From IMG/VR virus record IMGVR_UViG_3300028833_000062: a stretch of 64,000 nucleotides of DNA; one strand, 5' to 3'. The notes under the pieces are model-generated. The model ran no database searches. It saw nothing but the letters and a program-made list of their open reading frames with translations, and was not told the origin of the DNA. Each line of letters opens with the position of its first letter. Within the stretch, counting starts at the first letter, position 1. This stretch comes from an uncultured virus (IMG/VR IMGVR_UViG_3300028833_000062). Its lineage: Duplodnaviria > Heunggongvirae > Uroviricota > Caudoviricetes. The position numbers and the translations under genes are program-made. Shown here piece by piece: positions 28,943 to 39,715 of the stretch.

Positions 28943-31396
28943 ATGGACGTTGTAATAACTTATGTAAATATAACTAATAGATTTAAGGAACAATATAATA
29001 AATATGTAAAGAAAGAACTTGAAGAAAATAGATTTAGAAGTTATGATACACTTGAACTTCAAGTAAAAGGAATTAGAAAATATCTTCCATATATAAAAAA
29101 TATATTTATTGTAGTTTCAGAATTAGAACAAGTAGAAGGATTGAATTTATCAGATTGTAAGATTATTACACATGATATGATAATTCCTTCTAAATATCTT
29201 CCATGTTTCAATTCATGTACAATTGAAATGTTCTTACATAAAATTCCAGAACTTGATGAAGAATTTTTATATTTTAATGATGATATGTTTATAATTGATA
29301 ATGTACCATCTACTTATTGGTTTAAAAATGGTAAACCTTGTTTATCTCCAGAAATATATGATTTTGATATAAAAAATAATTTAAGTACATTTAATACTAG
29401 ATGTTTTAATTCTACACAATTAGTTGCACAAATATTAAAAATTAACAATAAATATAAAAATAAATTAATTAAACAATCACATTGTCCTAAACCATATTTA
29501 AAATCAACTTGTAATAAAGTATTTAATAAGAATATATTTTATATTTTACACTCATTAACAAGGACAAGACATAGTAAAAATTATAATTGTTATTTATTTA
29601 ACGATTATGATTATCTTTCTGATAATTGTAATATAATAAAAAGAAATTATATATATTTAGAAAATGAATCAATTAATGATATAATAAATACAATTAATAA
29701 AAAAGAATATCAAATTATATGTATTAATGATAATAATGAATATATAAATTTTATTAAATTTAAAACAGAATTAAAAAATTCATTAGAATCAAATATATTA
29801 AATAAAAAATATGAAATACCAATTGAGGTAACACAACCTATAATTGATGAATTTAATTTATCTAATAAGTATGAAAAACTTATAATTTCATTAACATCAT
29901 ATCCCGCTAGAATTAAATATGTTAAAGATGTTCTTGAATCATTAGTTAATCAAGATGTGCCATATAATTTATACCACATTGTATTAGTATTAGCTATACC
30001 AGAATTTCCAAATAAAGAAAATGATTTACCTGATGAATTAATTGAATTTATTAATTTATATCCAGAATTAATTGAAATTTTATGGTATGAAAGAAATATT
30101 AAAAGTCATAAAAAACTAATACCAACATTAAAAAAATATCCAAATAATCCAATACTTGTATGTGATGATGATGTATATAGACCACAATGTTGGTTAAAAA
30201 TGTTTATTTGTGATCATTATAAATATCCGAATGATATTATATTTGGAACAAGTTCATGGTATTTTGGTGATAAATATAAATTAATGAGATTTAAAGAATT
30301 TAAATGTGAATCATCAGGAAGTATAAATAATTTACCATCTCAAATATTTAAAACTGCAAAACCAGCAAATGGATTAGGTGGATGTTTATATCCAGCTAAT
30401 ACATTTACAGATAAAAGATTCTTTGATGAAAATTTATTTATGAAGTTATCTCCTACATCAGATGAATCTTGGCAATATTGTTTTAATATAATGGATAATA
30501 AAACTTTTAGACAAACTTCAAAAATTATTGATTATAGTAAATATTTTTTAAATGGAACACAAGAAATAAATACATCATTACATAAAGTAAATAATTATAC
30601 TGAAATAAATGAAAGATTATTTAATGAATTTCCAAAATTTAAAAAATCATTAAATAAAAGAATGAAAGAATTTATTATATCATTTACCACCCATGGTATT
30701 AGGGTAAAATATATAAATAAAACATTAAATAGTTTATTAAATCAAACATTAAAACCATATAAAATTGTTTTAACATTATTTAAAGAAGATGAAAAATATT
30801 TAACTAATGAAACATTAGAAATAATATCAAAAAATAAAAGTAAAATAGATTTAATTATTTGTGATGAAAATCTTGGTCCACATACTAAATATTTTTATGC
30901 AATGAAAAAATATAAAAATTATGCGGTAATTACCGTTGATGATGACCATGAATATGATAATGATTTATGTGAATCTTTATGGAAATCATATATTAATCAT
31001 CCAAATTTAATTTCAGCAAGAAGGGTACATTTTATTAAAAGAGATATTAATGGTAATACTTTACCATATAGAGAATGGAAATATAATTGTAAAAATATAT
31101 TAAAACCAAATATAGAACTTTTTGCTACTGGTGTTGGGGGAGTAATTTATCCACCAGATATATTAAAAATTTCTGATGATAATTTACCTGAAATAAGACA
31201 ATGTTTATGGGCTGATGATATTTATTTAAAATGGTTAGAAAACAAATTAAATATTTCTATTATATGGTGTAAAAATAATAATCCAGAAGGAAATAGAATT
31301 AATGAAGAAGATATTATAAATAGTGCATTATATAAAGTAAATACATCTAAAGAAAATGGCAGAAATGACAAATACCTAAAAATATTTAAGTTATAA
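28943..31396 (+). CDS. Stealth-family hexose-1-phosphate transferase fused to two GT-A-like domains
   Basis: CR1 MDVVITYVN, CR2 RFR..FNSCTIE..EEFLYFNDDMF, CR4 IICIND; two copies of IIS(L/F)T(S/T)..RI...DDD..G.GG..YP. Confidence 0.82.
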   Translation: MDVVITYVNITNRFKEQYNKYVKKELEENRFRSYDTLELQVKGIRKYLPYIKNIFIVVSELEQVEGLNLSDCKIITHDMIIPSKYLPCFNSCTIEMFLHKIPELDEEFLYFNDDMFIIDNVPSTYWFKNGKPCLSPEIYDFDIKNNLSTFNTRCFNSTQLVAQILKINNKYKNKLIKQSHCPKPYLKSTCNKVFNKNIFYILHSLTRTRHSKNYNCYLFNDYDYLSDNCNIIKRNYIYLENESINDIINTINKKEYQIICINDNNEYINFIKFKTELKNSLESNILNKKYEIPIEVTQPIIDEFNLSNKYEKLIISLTSYPARIKYVKDVLESLVNQDVPYNLYHIVLVLAIPEFPNKENDLPDELIEFINLYPELIEILWYERNIKSHKKLIPTLKKYPNNPILVCDDDVYRPQCWLKMFICDHYKYPNDIIFGTSSWYFGDKYKLMRFKEFKCESSGSINNLPSQIFKTAKPANGLGGCLYPANTFTDKRFFDENLFMKLSPTSDESWQYCFNIMDNKTFRQTSKIIDYSKYFLNGTQEINTSLHKVNNYTEINERLFNEFPKFKKSLNKRMKEFIISFTTHGIRVKYINKTLNSLLNQTLKPYKIVLTLFKEDEKYLTNETLEIISKNKSKIDLIICDENLGPHTKYFYAMKKYKNYAVITVDDDHEYDNDLCESLWKSYINHPNLISARRVHFIKRDINGNTLPYREWKYNCKNILKPNIELFATGVGGVIYPPDILKISDDNLPEIRQCLWADDIYLKWLENKLNISIIWCKNNNPEGNRINEEDIINSALYKVNTSKENGRNDKYLKIFKL

Positions 31397-31398
31397 GT

Positions 31399-32187
31399 AT
31401 GAAAACTGCAATATGTACTATAGCAAAATTAGAAAATAATTATATTGCTGAATGGGTAAATTATCATTTATCATTAGGGTTTACCAATATTTATATTTAT
31501 GATAATAATGATATAGATACAGAAAATATATCTGATATTATACATAATAAACATGTAACAATTATTAATGTTCAAGGTATACATAAAAAAGAAAATCAAA
31601 CAATACAATATTGGTCATATACAAATTGTTATTTGACATACGGGTATTTATATGATTATATGTTATTTATTGATTGTGATGAATTTCTTATCTTAGAAAA
31701 TGATAAAAATGTAAATACATTTTTATCAAAAGATATATATAAAGGATTTGACCAAATAAGATTATTTTTTAGAAATGCTACTGATAACAATTTAGTTCGT
31801 ATAAATAATAATTATAGTGTATTATCAAGATTTACACAATTTAAGGAAACTATATATGGATCGTCATTCTTAAAAACAAAATTATGTATTAAAAAAATAG
31901 GTCCACATGGGTGTTCCGATAAAGCATTAAAGAATTGTAATGTTTTAGGTGAACAAATAATAAATAATGAAAGATTCAGTGTGTTAAATTGTAATAAAAT
32001 ATACAAAATTGCATATTTTAATCATTATCCAACAAAAACAATAGAAGAATATATAAGTATTAAATTACATAGAGGGTATCCTGACGGACAGACAAATTTA
32101 CCATCATTAGACAATTTTTTTAAAATAAATGAAAAAACACCAGAAAAATTAGAATATTTAAAGTCAATCGGAATAGATTATAACTAA
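31399..32187 (+). CDS. GT2/GT92-like glycosyltransferase
   Basis: AKLENNYIAEWVNYHL.LGF, IYDNND, FIDCDEF, NHYPTKTIEE; paralog of the N-domain of 16011..17582. Confidence 0.8.
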   Translation: MKTAICTIAKLENNYIAEWVNYHLSLGFTNIYIYDNNDIDTENISDIIHNKHVTIINVQGIHKKENQTIQYWSYTNCYLTYGYLYDYMLFIDCDEFLILENDKNVNTFLSKDIYKGFDQIRLFFRNATDNNLVRINNNYSVLSRFTQFKETIYGSSFLKTKLCIKKIGPHGCSDKALKNCNVLGEQIINNERFSVLNCNKIYKIAYFNHYPTKTIEEYISIKLHRGYPDGQTNLPSLDNFFKINEKTPEKLEYLKSIGIDYN

Positions 32188-32222
32188 TCTTTATTTTTAA
32201 TATATAAATAACAACAAATTTT

Positions 32223-32567
32223 ATGAGTGATAAAGAATTAATACAACAGAGAATTGATGAACTTGAAGAAAATATAAGAAGTGGTCATCAAACTGGTAAG
32301 ACTTATAGAGTAATTAATAAGATTATTGATGATTTATTTAATATGCCTATTGGTACACAGATAGACGTTAATGATGAAAAAGATGATGTTAAAGAGTTAG
32401 TTAATAAACTTTCTCTTAGATTAATTAGAGATTTTCCAGAAACTGATTTCAAGATTGTTTATCCTGCACCAGGTGTTGTTAAAATTATAAGATTATCAGA
32501 AACATATCAAGAAATAGCCAAGAAGAGATTAAAACAATGGCAAAATAAACTTAAAGAGATGGAGTAA
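32223..32567 (+). CDS. hypothetical protein with degenerate P-loop-like motif
   Basis: RSGHQTGKT. Confidence 0.6.
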   Translation: MSDKELIQQRIDELEENIRSGHQTGKTYRVINKIIDDLFNMPIGTQIDVNDEKDDVKELVNKLSLRLIRDFPETDFKIVYPAPGVVKIIRLSETYQEIAKKRLKQWQNKLKEME

Positions 32568-32612
32568 TTCATCTCTTTTTATTTTGAATTTTTTAAGTTA
32601 TATTCTATATTA
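32555..32612 (+). promoter_or_regulatory. terminator followed by early-type promoter
   Basis: AAGAGATG..CATCTCTT plus T-run; TTGAAT(32584)-N15-CTATATTA. Confidence 0.7.
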
Positions 32613-33191
32613 ATGATGTAATTAAAAAAAGATTTATGAAACAGATTATTATTTCAGCAGATTGTTCTATGTATAAAGACAAGGATATTATCCTTAAAAT
32701 TATTAAAAATGATATTATTCCTTTGATTAAATATCATTTTAAGGTTATATCTGTTAATATTGAAGATTCATTTATTAGAACTATTATCGATGTTAATGGT
32801 GTTGAACCTGAAAAGATGTCTTATATTGATATTGTAAATTATTGTAGAGATCTCTATCAGACTATATTGTATAATCATAAATATGATATTTCAGTTTCTT
32901 GTTATACTTAAATTTTATAAATATGTATATCTTAGTTAATAAATCAAGAATTCTTCTTGGTATTTTTACAGATAAAAACTGGCTTAATGCTGCTATTACT
33001 GCTCAGCGCAATGCATGTGGTGATGATGTTCTTTATTACCAAGAAATTATTCCAAATGAATTTAGTTCAGTTTTGATTAATTTCTGGACTATGCATCCTG
33101 AGAAATTGATTGAAATTTCTCCAGAAACTAAAAGTGTTTAATCTGAATTTTTAATATTTTTAACTATATTATATATGTAATTAGTTTAAAT

Positions 33192-34238
33192 ATGAAAAGT
33201 TTAAGTGAATACATGAATGAATCAGTCCTTACGAAAGAACAGGTTCGTAAGGACTATGATGTTATAGATTCTCTTGATACTAAGAAGGAAAAGCAAGCAA
33301 TGGCAGCCGAATATGGTGTTGAATCAGTAAAGAAAGATGAAATTAAGCATGCTATTCTTCTTAAGCTTCGTGAGCTGAGAAAATCTACTTCTTCTTTTGA
33401 TGAAGAAGATTATAGAGATTTTTATCGTCTCCTTCCTGATTCTTTAGCAAAACTTCCTGAATATCTTGCTGAAGAAAATCCTAAGTTTGTTCTTTTTCTA
33501 AAAGATTATTTCCTTGAACATAGAATGAAAGGCAAACTTAAGAATTGGATTGGTATTAATCCTGGTAGAGATGCTAACTATTCTCTTTCCTATGCAGATA
33601 TTCATACTGTAAAATTCTATAATAAAATTCTTGAGTTTATTGCTAATAATACTCCTAAGACACGTACTGTCAAGGATGAGATTTTTGATTCTCTTGTAAA
33701 TAAGTTCACTGACCTTCTTGCTGATTATAAAGAAGAATATCTTAAAAAGGTTGAAGCTTTTGCCAAAAAGCGTTATACTGAAATTCTTCCTAAAGAGCTT
33801 GAAGAACTTAAGAAAAAAAGAAATGAATCTAAAGAAAGACTTGATAATCTTAATTGGAGAAAAAACAGAAATGAATGGAATTCTGAATATAAGATTAAGA
33901 CTTCTCTTGATTCAAAGGTAGAAAGAATTTCAAAGATTTTCGAAAAATATACACAAAAAGAATATATTGATGAATGTGTAAAACATGCTACTGAGGAATT
34001 TGAATCTTCAATTAGAGAGCTTTCTGATAGAATTGTAAAAGATGAGCTTGAGGTTGATAAGCTTGAAGTTAAATCTGTACATGATGATCCTAAGATTTTT
34101 AAGATGAAAATTACAGATGGAATTAAGAATCTCTATTGTAGAAGTATTATCGCTGCTGAGTTTTCAAGTGTTATGATTCCTCATTATCGTTTCATTATTA
34201 CCAATAGAACTAAAGACGATTCACATTATAATGATTAA
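33192..34238 (+). CDS. helical hypothetical protein with capsid-targeting-like N-terminus
   Basis: MKSLSEYMNE; 348 aa; promoter CTGAAT-N15-CTATATTA at 33143. Confidence 0.75.
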   Translation: MKSLSEYMNESVLTKEQVRKDYDVIDSLDTKKEKQAMAAEYGVESVKKDEIKHAILLKLRELRKSTSSFDEEDYRDFYRLLPDSLAKLPEYLAEENPKFVLFLKDYFLEHRMKGKLKNWIGINPGRDANYSLSYADIHTVKFYNKILEFIANNTPKTRTVKDEIFDSLVNKFTDLLADYKEEYLKKVEAFAKKRYTEILPKELEELKKKRNESKERLDNLNWRKNRNEWNSEYKIKTSLDSKVERISKIFEKYTQKEYIDECVKHATEEFESSIRELSDRIVKDELEVDKLEVKSVHDDPKIFKMKITDGIKNLYCRSIIAAEFSSVMIPHYRFIITNRTKDDSHYND

Positions 34239-34240
34239 TT

Positions 34241-34579
34241 ATGAGAGTTATTGATATAATTCCTAAGATTCCTCAGTATGAGGATTTTGAATATGCTCCT
34301 GATTTTAATTGTCCTGAGTGTGATAAGAGTGGATTTTTTGAACATAAAGGATTTTATAGTTCAGAAAAGACTCTTGAAAAACCTAAACTTATAGGTTGGA
34401 CGGAAACTAATATTGGTAAGATGGGAGTATTTGAATGTCCAGTTTGTGGAAAGAAATTTAGGTTCCATTCTACTATTGGTACATGGATTGCAGATGAAGA
34501 TGAGTTTGATTTCCATCTTTATAGATTTGCACAAAAATGTTCTAATTGGGAAGAAATAAAAGAAAAACTTAAAAAATGA
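34241..34579 (+). CDS. zinc-ribbon protein
   Basis: CPEC and FECPVCG. Confidence 0.7.
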   Translation: MRVIDIIPKIPQYEDFEYAPDFNCPECDKSGFFEHKGFYSSEKTLEKPKLIGWTETNIGKMGVFECPVCGKKFRFHSTIGTWIADEDEFDFHLYRFAQKCSNWEEIKEKLKK

Positions 34580-34758
34580 AAAAGATTAAAAATGGAATTT
34601 TATTTGGTGTTTGTGGAGGTATTGGTAAATCTCTTGGAATTGGTGTAGATACAGGTGAGATTATTGGTATTATTCTTATGTTATTTACCGATTGGTTTTG
34701 GTGGGTATATATTTTACTTGCTATATTTATGTCAGAAGAAGATGAGTACTTGGACTAA
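34576..34758 (+). CDS. PspC-domain small membrane protein
   Basis: ILFGVCGGIG..LGI...YILLAIFM. Confidence 0.7.
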   Translation: MKKIKNGILFGVCGGIGKSLGIGVDTGEIIGIILMLFTDWFWWVYILLAIFMSEEDEYLD

Positions 34759-34940
34759 TATAAAGATTGCATATATTAAACCTAAATTAAAAAAAGAAGA
34801 AGATATTGATTGGTTAGGTATAGTTGAAAATGCTAAAAGAGAATGTAAAAGTAAAACAACTACTATACCTCAATATCTTTTTCAACCAGTTAGAAAATAT
34901 CATATAAGTAATAAAACAGAGATTAATAAAGTAATTTAAT

Positions 34941-35372
34941 ATGGAACACACAATTAAAGTAACAACAGAGAATAATGTTTTAGAAACTTCTTTTCATGAT
35001 CTTGTAATACGAGCTTCTAAGAAAGAAATAACAGAAAAGCTTGGTATTAAACCTATATATCATAGAAAGGGAAAGACAAAATATGATTGGTTTCTTATTC
35101 TTGATGATAAGTTTCCATTTACTATTTATGATTATAAAGAATATGGTCGTTTAAAGGCAGATGAAGTTATTGAATATCATATTGGATGGAAGCAGGAATT
35201 TTTTATTGATGGAGAATTTTCTAATCAAGAACTTGATAATAAGACTGGATTTCCTAAAAGACTTGAACCACGTGAAATGATTGTTGCTCTTGAAGAACGT
35301 GGTCTTACAGTTGATCAGTCTGATTCTTGGAAAAGTTTCTGGGGACCAAATGGATATTTTAATAAAAAGTAA
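34941..35372 (+). CDS. hypothetical phage protein
   Basis: FTIYDYK..YHIG motif. Confidence 0.65.
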   Translation: MEHTIKVTTENNVLETSFHDLVIRASKKEITEKLGIKPIYHRKGKTKYDWFLILDDKFPFTIYDYKEYGRLKADEVIEYHIGWKQEFFIDGEFSNQELDNKTGFPKRLEPREMIVALEERGLTVDQSDSWKSFWGPNGYFNKK

Positions 35373-35374
35373 TT

Positions 35375-35707
35375 ATGGAAAGAATTATTGCAGCTGCATA
35401 TAAAGTAAAACCAGAGTTTATTTGTAAAAGAGGTTCAGTTCGTAAAATAGGTATAGATGAAAAAGATGATATCTATCAGTGTAGAATTGGGCGACATCAT
35501 GCTGAAATTCTTCATATGTTTTATAAGGAAATAGATGAAACCACGTCAGGATTTTATACTTCTTATGGAAGATATGTTGATAGAAAAGAAGCAGCTAGAA
35601 TTGCTATAGAATCAGGACAGATTCAAAAGTGTCATTACTTTGGTGGTGAAGAACTTGATTCTAGTGATATATTTGATTTAGATTATGATGGTAAATTAAT
35701 TATATAA
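35375..35707 (+). CDS. conserved phage hypothetical protein
   Basis: GRHHAEI..GFYTS.GRYVDRKEA..IA. Confidence 0.7.
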   Translation: MERIIAAAYKVKPEFICKRGSVRKIGIDEKDDIYQCRIGRHHAEILHMFYKEIDETTSGFYTSYGRYVDRKEAARIAIESGQIQKCHYFGGEELDSSDIFDLDYDGKLII

Positions 35708-35709
35708 AA

Positions 35710-35765
35710 AGAGGAAATTTTTGAATTTCTTCTTTTATATTCTATATTATTAGTGTAATTAATTA
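35710..35765 (+). repeat. terminator-plus-promoter module, copy 1
   Basis: Near-identical to 37360..37415; hairpin contains TTGAAT. Confidence 0.8.
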
Positions 35766-36092
35766 TATCATTATGAGTAAGAAAGAATTAGTAGAAATGA
35801 TTTTTCACCATTTTTATAATGGTCCTACATATGCTTATGAATGTTTTCCTCCTATTGATTTTACAATTATAAAGAATGGAGTTAAGTATAATGGTAGTGT
35901 TTGTAGGATTCAACAGTATGGTGATGAATGGGATAATCCAAGAATATTATGCAATGTAACTAATTCCGTAGTAACTGATGAAAACGGAAATGGTATATTG
36001 TTAAAGACTCTTAATAAATCAAATGTTCCAACAGAAGTATTAGAAAAATTTTATAACGATTATATTAAAACACATAATAATTATTGGACTAT

Positions 36093-36758
36093 ATGAGTGA
36101 ACTTTGTGATAAGATGTTCAAAAGATCTAAAAAGGAAGAAGAAATCTGGAAAAAGATTAATGAAGAGAATGAGAGATGGGAAGCAACTCTTGAATGTCTA
36201 GAACATAGAGAAAAAATTAATAAACTTTATAAAGAAGTATTAGATGCTCAGAAAGAGAGAATTAATGATGCTAAGGAATATCGTAGAAAAAGATTTCCAA
36301 GAAAGGTAAAGAATTATACTGAAACAGAGGAAGAAAAACAAAAGAGGATTGCTGAGAGTAAGAGAAAGCATGAAGAGAAAGTAAATTCTTATCCTGCAAA
36401 TCTTAGAGATGCTATTAAACTATATGAATCTCTTTCAGAAGAAGAGAAGAAAATTTTTGGATATAGCACTTGGGCTTATCATGATGGAGAATTAGATCAA
36501 ATGGAGCACAAGCAGATTACTCATGAACAGACAAGAGAACTTCATGATATTCTTGTTCAGACATGTATTGATTTTATTAATGATAATAATCTTAAAGATG
36601 TTGATATAGTATCATTCAGCGCAGACAGTCTTCAGGAATCTGCAAAATATAATGAATGGACTCCAGCAACTGATTCATTCCTTTCTCTTGAAGGAATTGA
36701 GAAATCTGAGAAAGATGGTGGATATGAAGTAAGAAAACTTATTGATAAAAGTTATTAA
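36093..36758 (+). CDS. coiled-coil hypothetical protein
   Basis: Glu/Lys/Arg-rich N-terminal half; likely start ATG at 36093. Confidence 0.7.
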   Translation: MSELCDKMFKRSKKEEEIWKKINEENERWEATLECLEHREKINKLYKEVLDAQKERINDAKEYRRKRFPRKVKNYTETEEEKQKRIAESKRKHEEKVNSYPANLRDAIKLYESLSEEEKKIFGYSTWAYHDGELDQMEHKQITHEQTRELHDILVQTCIDFINDNNLKDVDIVSFSADSLQESAKYNEWTPATDSFLSLEGIEKSEKDGGYEVRKLIDKSY

Positions 36759-36798
36759 TGATTCTATATTATAATATATAATTTAAAATTTATTTGTT

Positions 36799-37353
36799 AT
36801 GGAAATTTTAGTTGTTATTGATGCACAGAATGACTTTATTGATGGAAGTCTTAGGAATGAAGAAGCTATTAAAGCAGTTCCTAATATTGTAGAAAAAATT
36901 GATAATTTCGCTGGAGATGTAATTTATGTTACTCAAGATACTCATGATCCTGATTATCTTGATACTCCAGAAGGCAATAAGCTTCCTGTTGTTCATTGTG
37001 TAAACCGTTCTAATGGTTGGATGATTAATAGTGATGTTCAGGATGCTCTTAATGAAGCATATTCAAGAGGTATTGATGTAGTTTATGTTGAAAAGCCTAC
37101 TTTTGGTTCATTTGATCTTGTAGAATATCTTAAAGAAGATATCAATGAATGTGATGAAGATGAAAGTGTTAAGATTGAATTCGTTGGCTTTTGCACAGAT
37201 ATTTGTGTTGTAAGCAATGTTCTTATGGCAAAGGCTGCTTTCTTTGATAGGGCAAAAATTCAGGTAGATGGCTCTTGTTGTGCTGGTGTTACTCCAGAAT
37301 CTCATGAAGCAGCACTAACTACAATGCGAATGTGTCAAATTGATATTATTTAA
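36799..37353 (+). CDS. pncA: nicotinamidase (isochorismatase family)
   Basis: VIDAQNDFIDGSL, TQDTH, PVVHC, EKPTFGS, GFCTDICV (D-K-C triad and metal ligands). Confidence 0.88.
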   Translation: MEILVVIDAQNDFIDGSLRNEEAIKAVPNIVEKIDNFAGDVIYVTQDTHDPDYLDTPEGNKLPVVHCVNRSNGWMINSDVQDALNEAYSRGIDVVYVEKPTFGSFDLVEYLKEDINECDEDESVKIEFVGFCTDICVVSNVLMAKAAFFDRAKIQVDGSCCAGVTPESHEAALTTMRMCQIDII

Positions 37354-37359
37354 TTAAAT

Positions 37360-37415
37360 AGAGGAAATTTTTGAATTTCCTCTTTTTTATACTATATTAT
37401 TAGTGTAATTAATTA
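37360..37415 (+). repeat. terminator-plus-promoter module, copy 2
   Basis: AGAGGAAATTTTTGAATTTCCTCTTTT..CTATATTATTAGTGTAATTAATTA. Confidence 0.8.
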
Positions 37416-37440
37416 AAGTTAAACATCAAAGAAAAAGAAA

Positions 37441-37605
37441 ATGGCAAAGTTTAAGTTGAACAGTGAAGTTGAAAATCAGCCTCGTAAGAAGCATTCTACT
37501 AAGAAGGTTTATCGTGAAGATGATGATATGCGTGATTTCGCATATATGAGCCGCGGTAATGCAAAGAATGAACTTCGTCACCTTAAAGAAATGTACGGAA
37601 TCTAA
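37441..37605 (+). CDS. small basic early protein (54 aa, not in ORF track)
   Basis: MAKFKLNSEVENQPRKKHSTKKVYRED...; first ORF after the promoter, strongly expressed codon style. Confidence 0.65.
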   Translation: MAKFKLNSEVENQPRKKHSTKKVYREDDDMRDFAYMSRGNAKNELRHLKEMYGI

Positions 37606-37606
37606 T

Positions 37607-37897
37607 ATGGGACTCACGAAAGAACAGTGGAAAGAAAAACGTCTTAATGAACTTTATGACTATGTACAAAAATATGGTCATAAAGTTAAAGATGTTATAT
37701 ACTGGGACACATATCCTATTTGTGTAAAGGATATATGTGTCCTTGGTGTTGCTATATTTAATAATGAACTTGTTTTTTGTGATTATGATAAACATGAAAA
37801 TAAGTTCAGAATCCGCAGAGAATGTAAGAATGAAGAAAGAAAATATCTTGAAGAAGTTCTCCATGATATGAAACAACTTGATAAAAATAAGGCATGA
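37607..37897 (+). CDS. hypothetical protein
   Basis: Start ATG at 37607 directly after the stop at 37605. Confidence 0.65.
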   Translation: MGLTKEQWKEKRLNELYDYVQKYGHKVKDVIYWDTYPICVKDICVLGVAIFNNELVFCDYDKHENKFRIRRECKNEERKYLEEVLHDMKQLDKNKA

Positions 37898-38607
37898 AAC
37901 ACATTGAATTAGAATCAAAAGATGCTCGCAAGTTATTCGAATTAATGGATCGAGGTCTTGCTTATACAGATGCTTATTATAGAGATTATAAAGGTCAGCA
38001 AAGGATTTTTAATCTTATAGTAAAGCAGCTTAAAGAACAAGGCATGTTTAAAAATTATACGATTTACGAATAATATGAATGCATATGATAAAATGCTTCA
38101 AAAAGAAGCTGAAGAATGGTTTGAAGAATATGACCATGATACAACAACTGGTTTACTTCGAGATATGACAGGTGAACCTCTTGAAGATGAAGATGAAGAT
38201 AGTGAAATTTTTAAAATGACTGGAATATATTAATTATGCTTTATATTGATGGATTTGAAGGAACATGTCATACAATTCCTTCTATTGGAAAATTCAGTGT
38301 TGGAAAAACATATCATTTTAAAGAACATCAACTAAATGATATTGTTTTTATTATTTGTCGAGATGATAATAATGAAACATGTTCATTTTATGAATGGGCT
38401 GGATTTAATAAATATTTTAAAATTAATAATAATTAAAGTTGTTGATTAATATATTAATTATGACACTTAAAGAATTTAGAGAACTTACTAAAGATTGGCC
38501 TGAAGATGCACAAATAGATAAGTGGAATACTAATTATGGTTTTACTGTACTTAGTGAAGTTAAAATAGAAAAAATTAACGATAAAGATTATATAACTTTG
38601 TATTAAT

Positions 38608-39513
38608 ATGATTAAAGTTGGTAATTATAAAATTGAAGTAAAGCATTTTCCTGATGGTACACAATGCTTAATGAATATTGATTTTAATAAAATTGCAATT
38701 AATCCAAGTTATGCATCTATTACTTGGAATTATGAATCTGATGAAGAGCTTGTTACTCTTATTTATCTTGTAAATTATATTAGGAGTAAGGCACCTAAAT
38801 ATCCAATTTATCTTTTTATGCCTTATATTCCTAATGCAAGAATGGATAGGACAAAGAATCCTGGTGAAGTATTTACTCTTAAGTATTTTGCAAACATTAT
38901 CAATAGTCTTAATTTTGATTGTGTCAGTGTTCTTGATCCTCATTCTGATGTATCTGTTGCTCTTCTTAATAATGTTATGGTAATTAATCCTGATGATTAT
39001 ATTGCTAAAACCATTCAGACAATAAAAGATGCTAACAATATTGAGAATGATAAGGAAATTGTACTTTATTTTCCTGATGCTGGTGCATATAAAAGGTATA
39101 AGGATATTGAATGCCTAAAGCCTTATGAGAAGATTTACGGTCAGAAAGTTCGTGACTGGAATACTGGTAAGATTACTGGTCTTACTATTGTAGATAAGGA
39201 TAATAATACTATAATTGGATCATTTGAGAATAATTATATCCTCATGATTGATGATATTATTTCTTATGGTGGGACAATGTATTATTCTGCTGTTAAGATT
39301 AATGAATTTAATCCTAAGAAAATTTATGCTTATGCAACACATGTAGAGCCTAAGTCTTTCTGGGATATTGATAATGGTACTTTTAGAAAGGCATTTGGTT
39401 ATAGTAATAATGATGGTAGTGAAAATAAACAAATAGTAACAAAACTTTTTACTACAAATTCTATTTATAATATTGATGCAAATAATTCAGTAGTTCCAAT
39501 TACAATTAATTAA
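38608..39513 (+). CDS. ribose-phosphate pyrophosphokinase-like protein (possible ADPR-PP synthetase, Adps)
   Basis: HFPDGT, MPYIPNARMDR, LDPHS, FPDAGAYKRY, PRPP-binding loop MIDDIISYGGT. Confidence 0.85.
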   Translation: MIKVGNYKIEVKHFPDGTQCLMNIDFNKIAINPSYASITWNYESDEELVTLIYLVNYIRSKAPKYPIYLFMPYIPNARMDRTKNPGEVFTLKYFANIINSLNFDCVSVLDPHSDVSVALLNNVMVINPDDYIAKTIQTIKDANNIENDKEIVLYFPDAGAYKRYKDIECLKPYEKIYGQKVRDWNTGKITGLTIVDKDNNTIIGSFENNYILMIDDIISYGGTMYYSAVKINEFNPKKIYAYATHVEPKSFWDIDNGTFRKAFGYSNNDGSENKQIVTKLFTTNSIYNIDANNSVVPITIN

Positions 39514-39659
39514 ATATAAATATTATGAAGATACTTTTAGGAATTTTTATTGGAGTAGTAATTACTTTAATTATAGGTTTTTTGATTATTAAATATATGT
39601 TTAATGATATATGTGGAGGTATTTTAGAATTTATTTTAGATTTACCTAATCACTTTTAA

Positions 39660-39690
39660 TTGAAATAAAAAATAATGTATCTATATTATA
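39660..39690 (+). promoter_or_regulatory. early-type promoter
   Basis: TTGAAA-N15-CTATATTATA. Confidence 0.65.
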
Positions 39691-39715
39691 TTGTGAATTT
39701 TAAATAATAGAAAAT

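Noticed and set aside
32223..32567. Terminase or ATPase call from GHQTGKT
   Set aside because: Only 114 aa with no Walker B; insufficient support.
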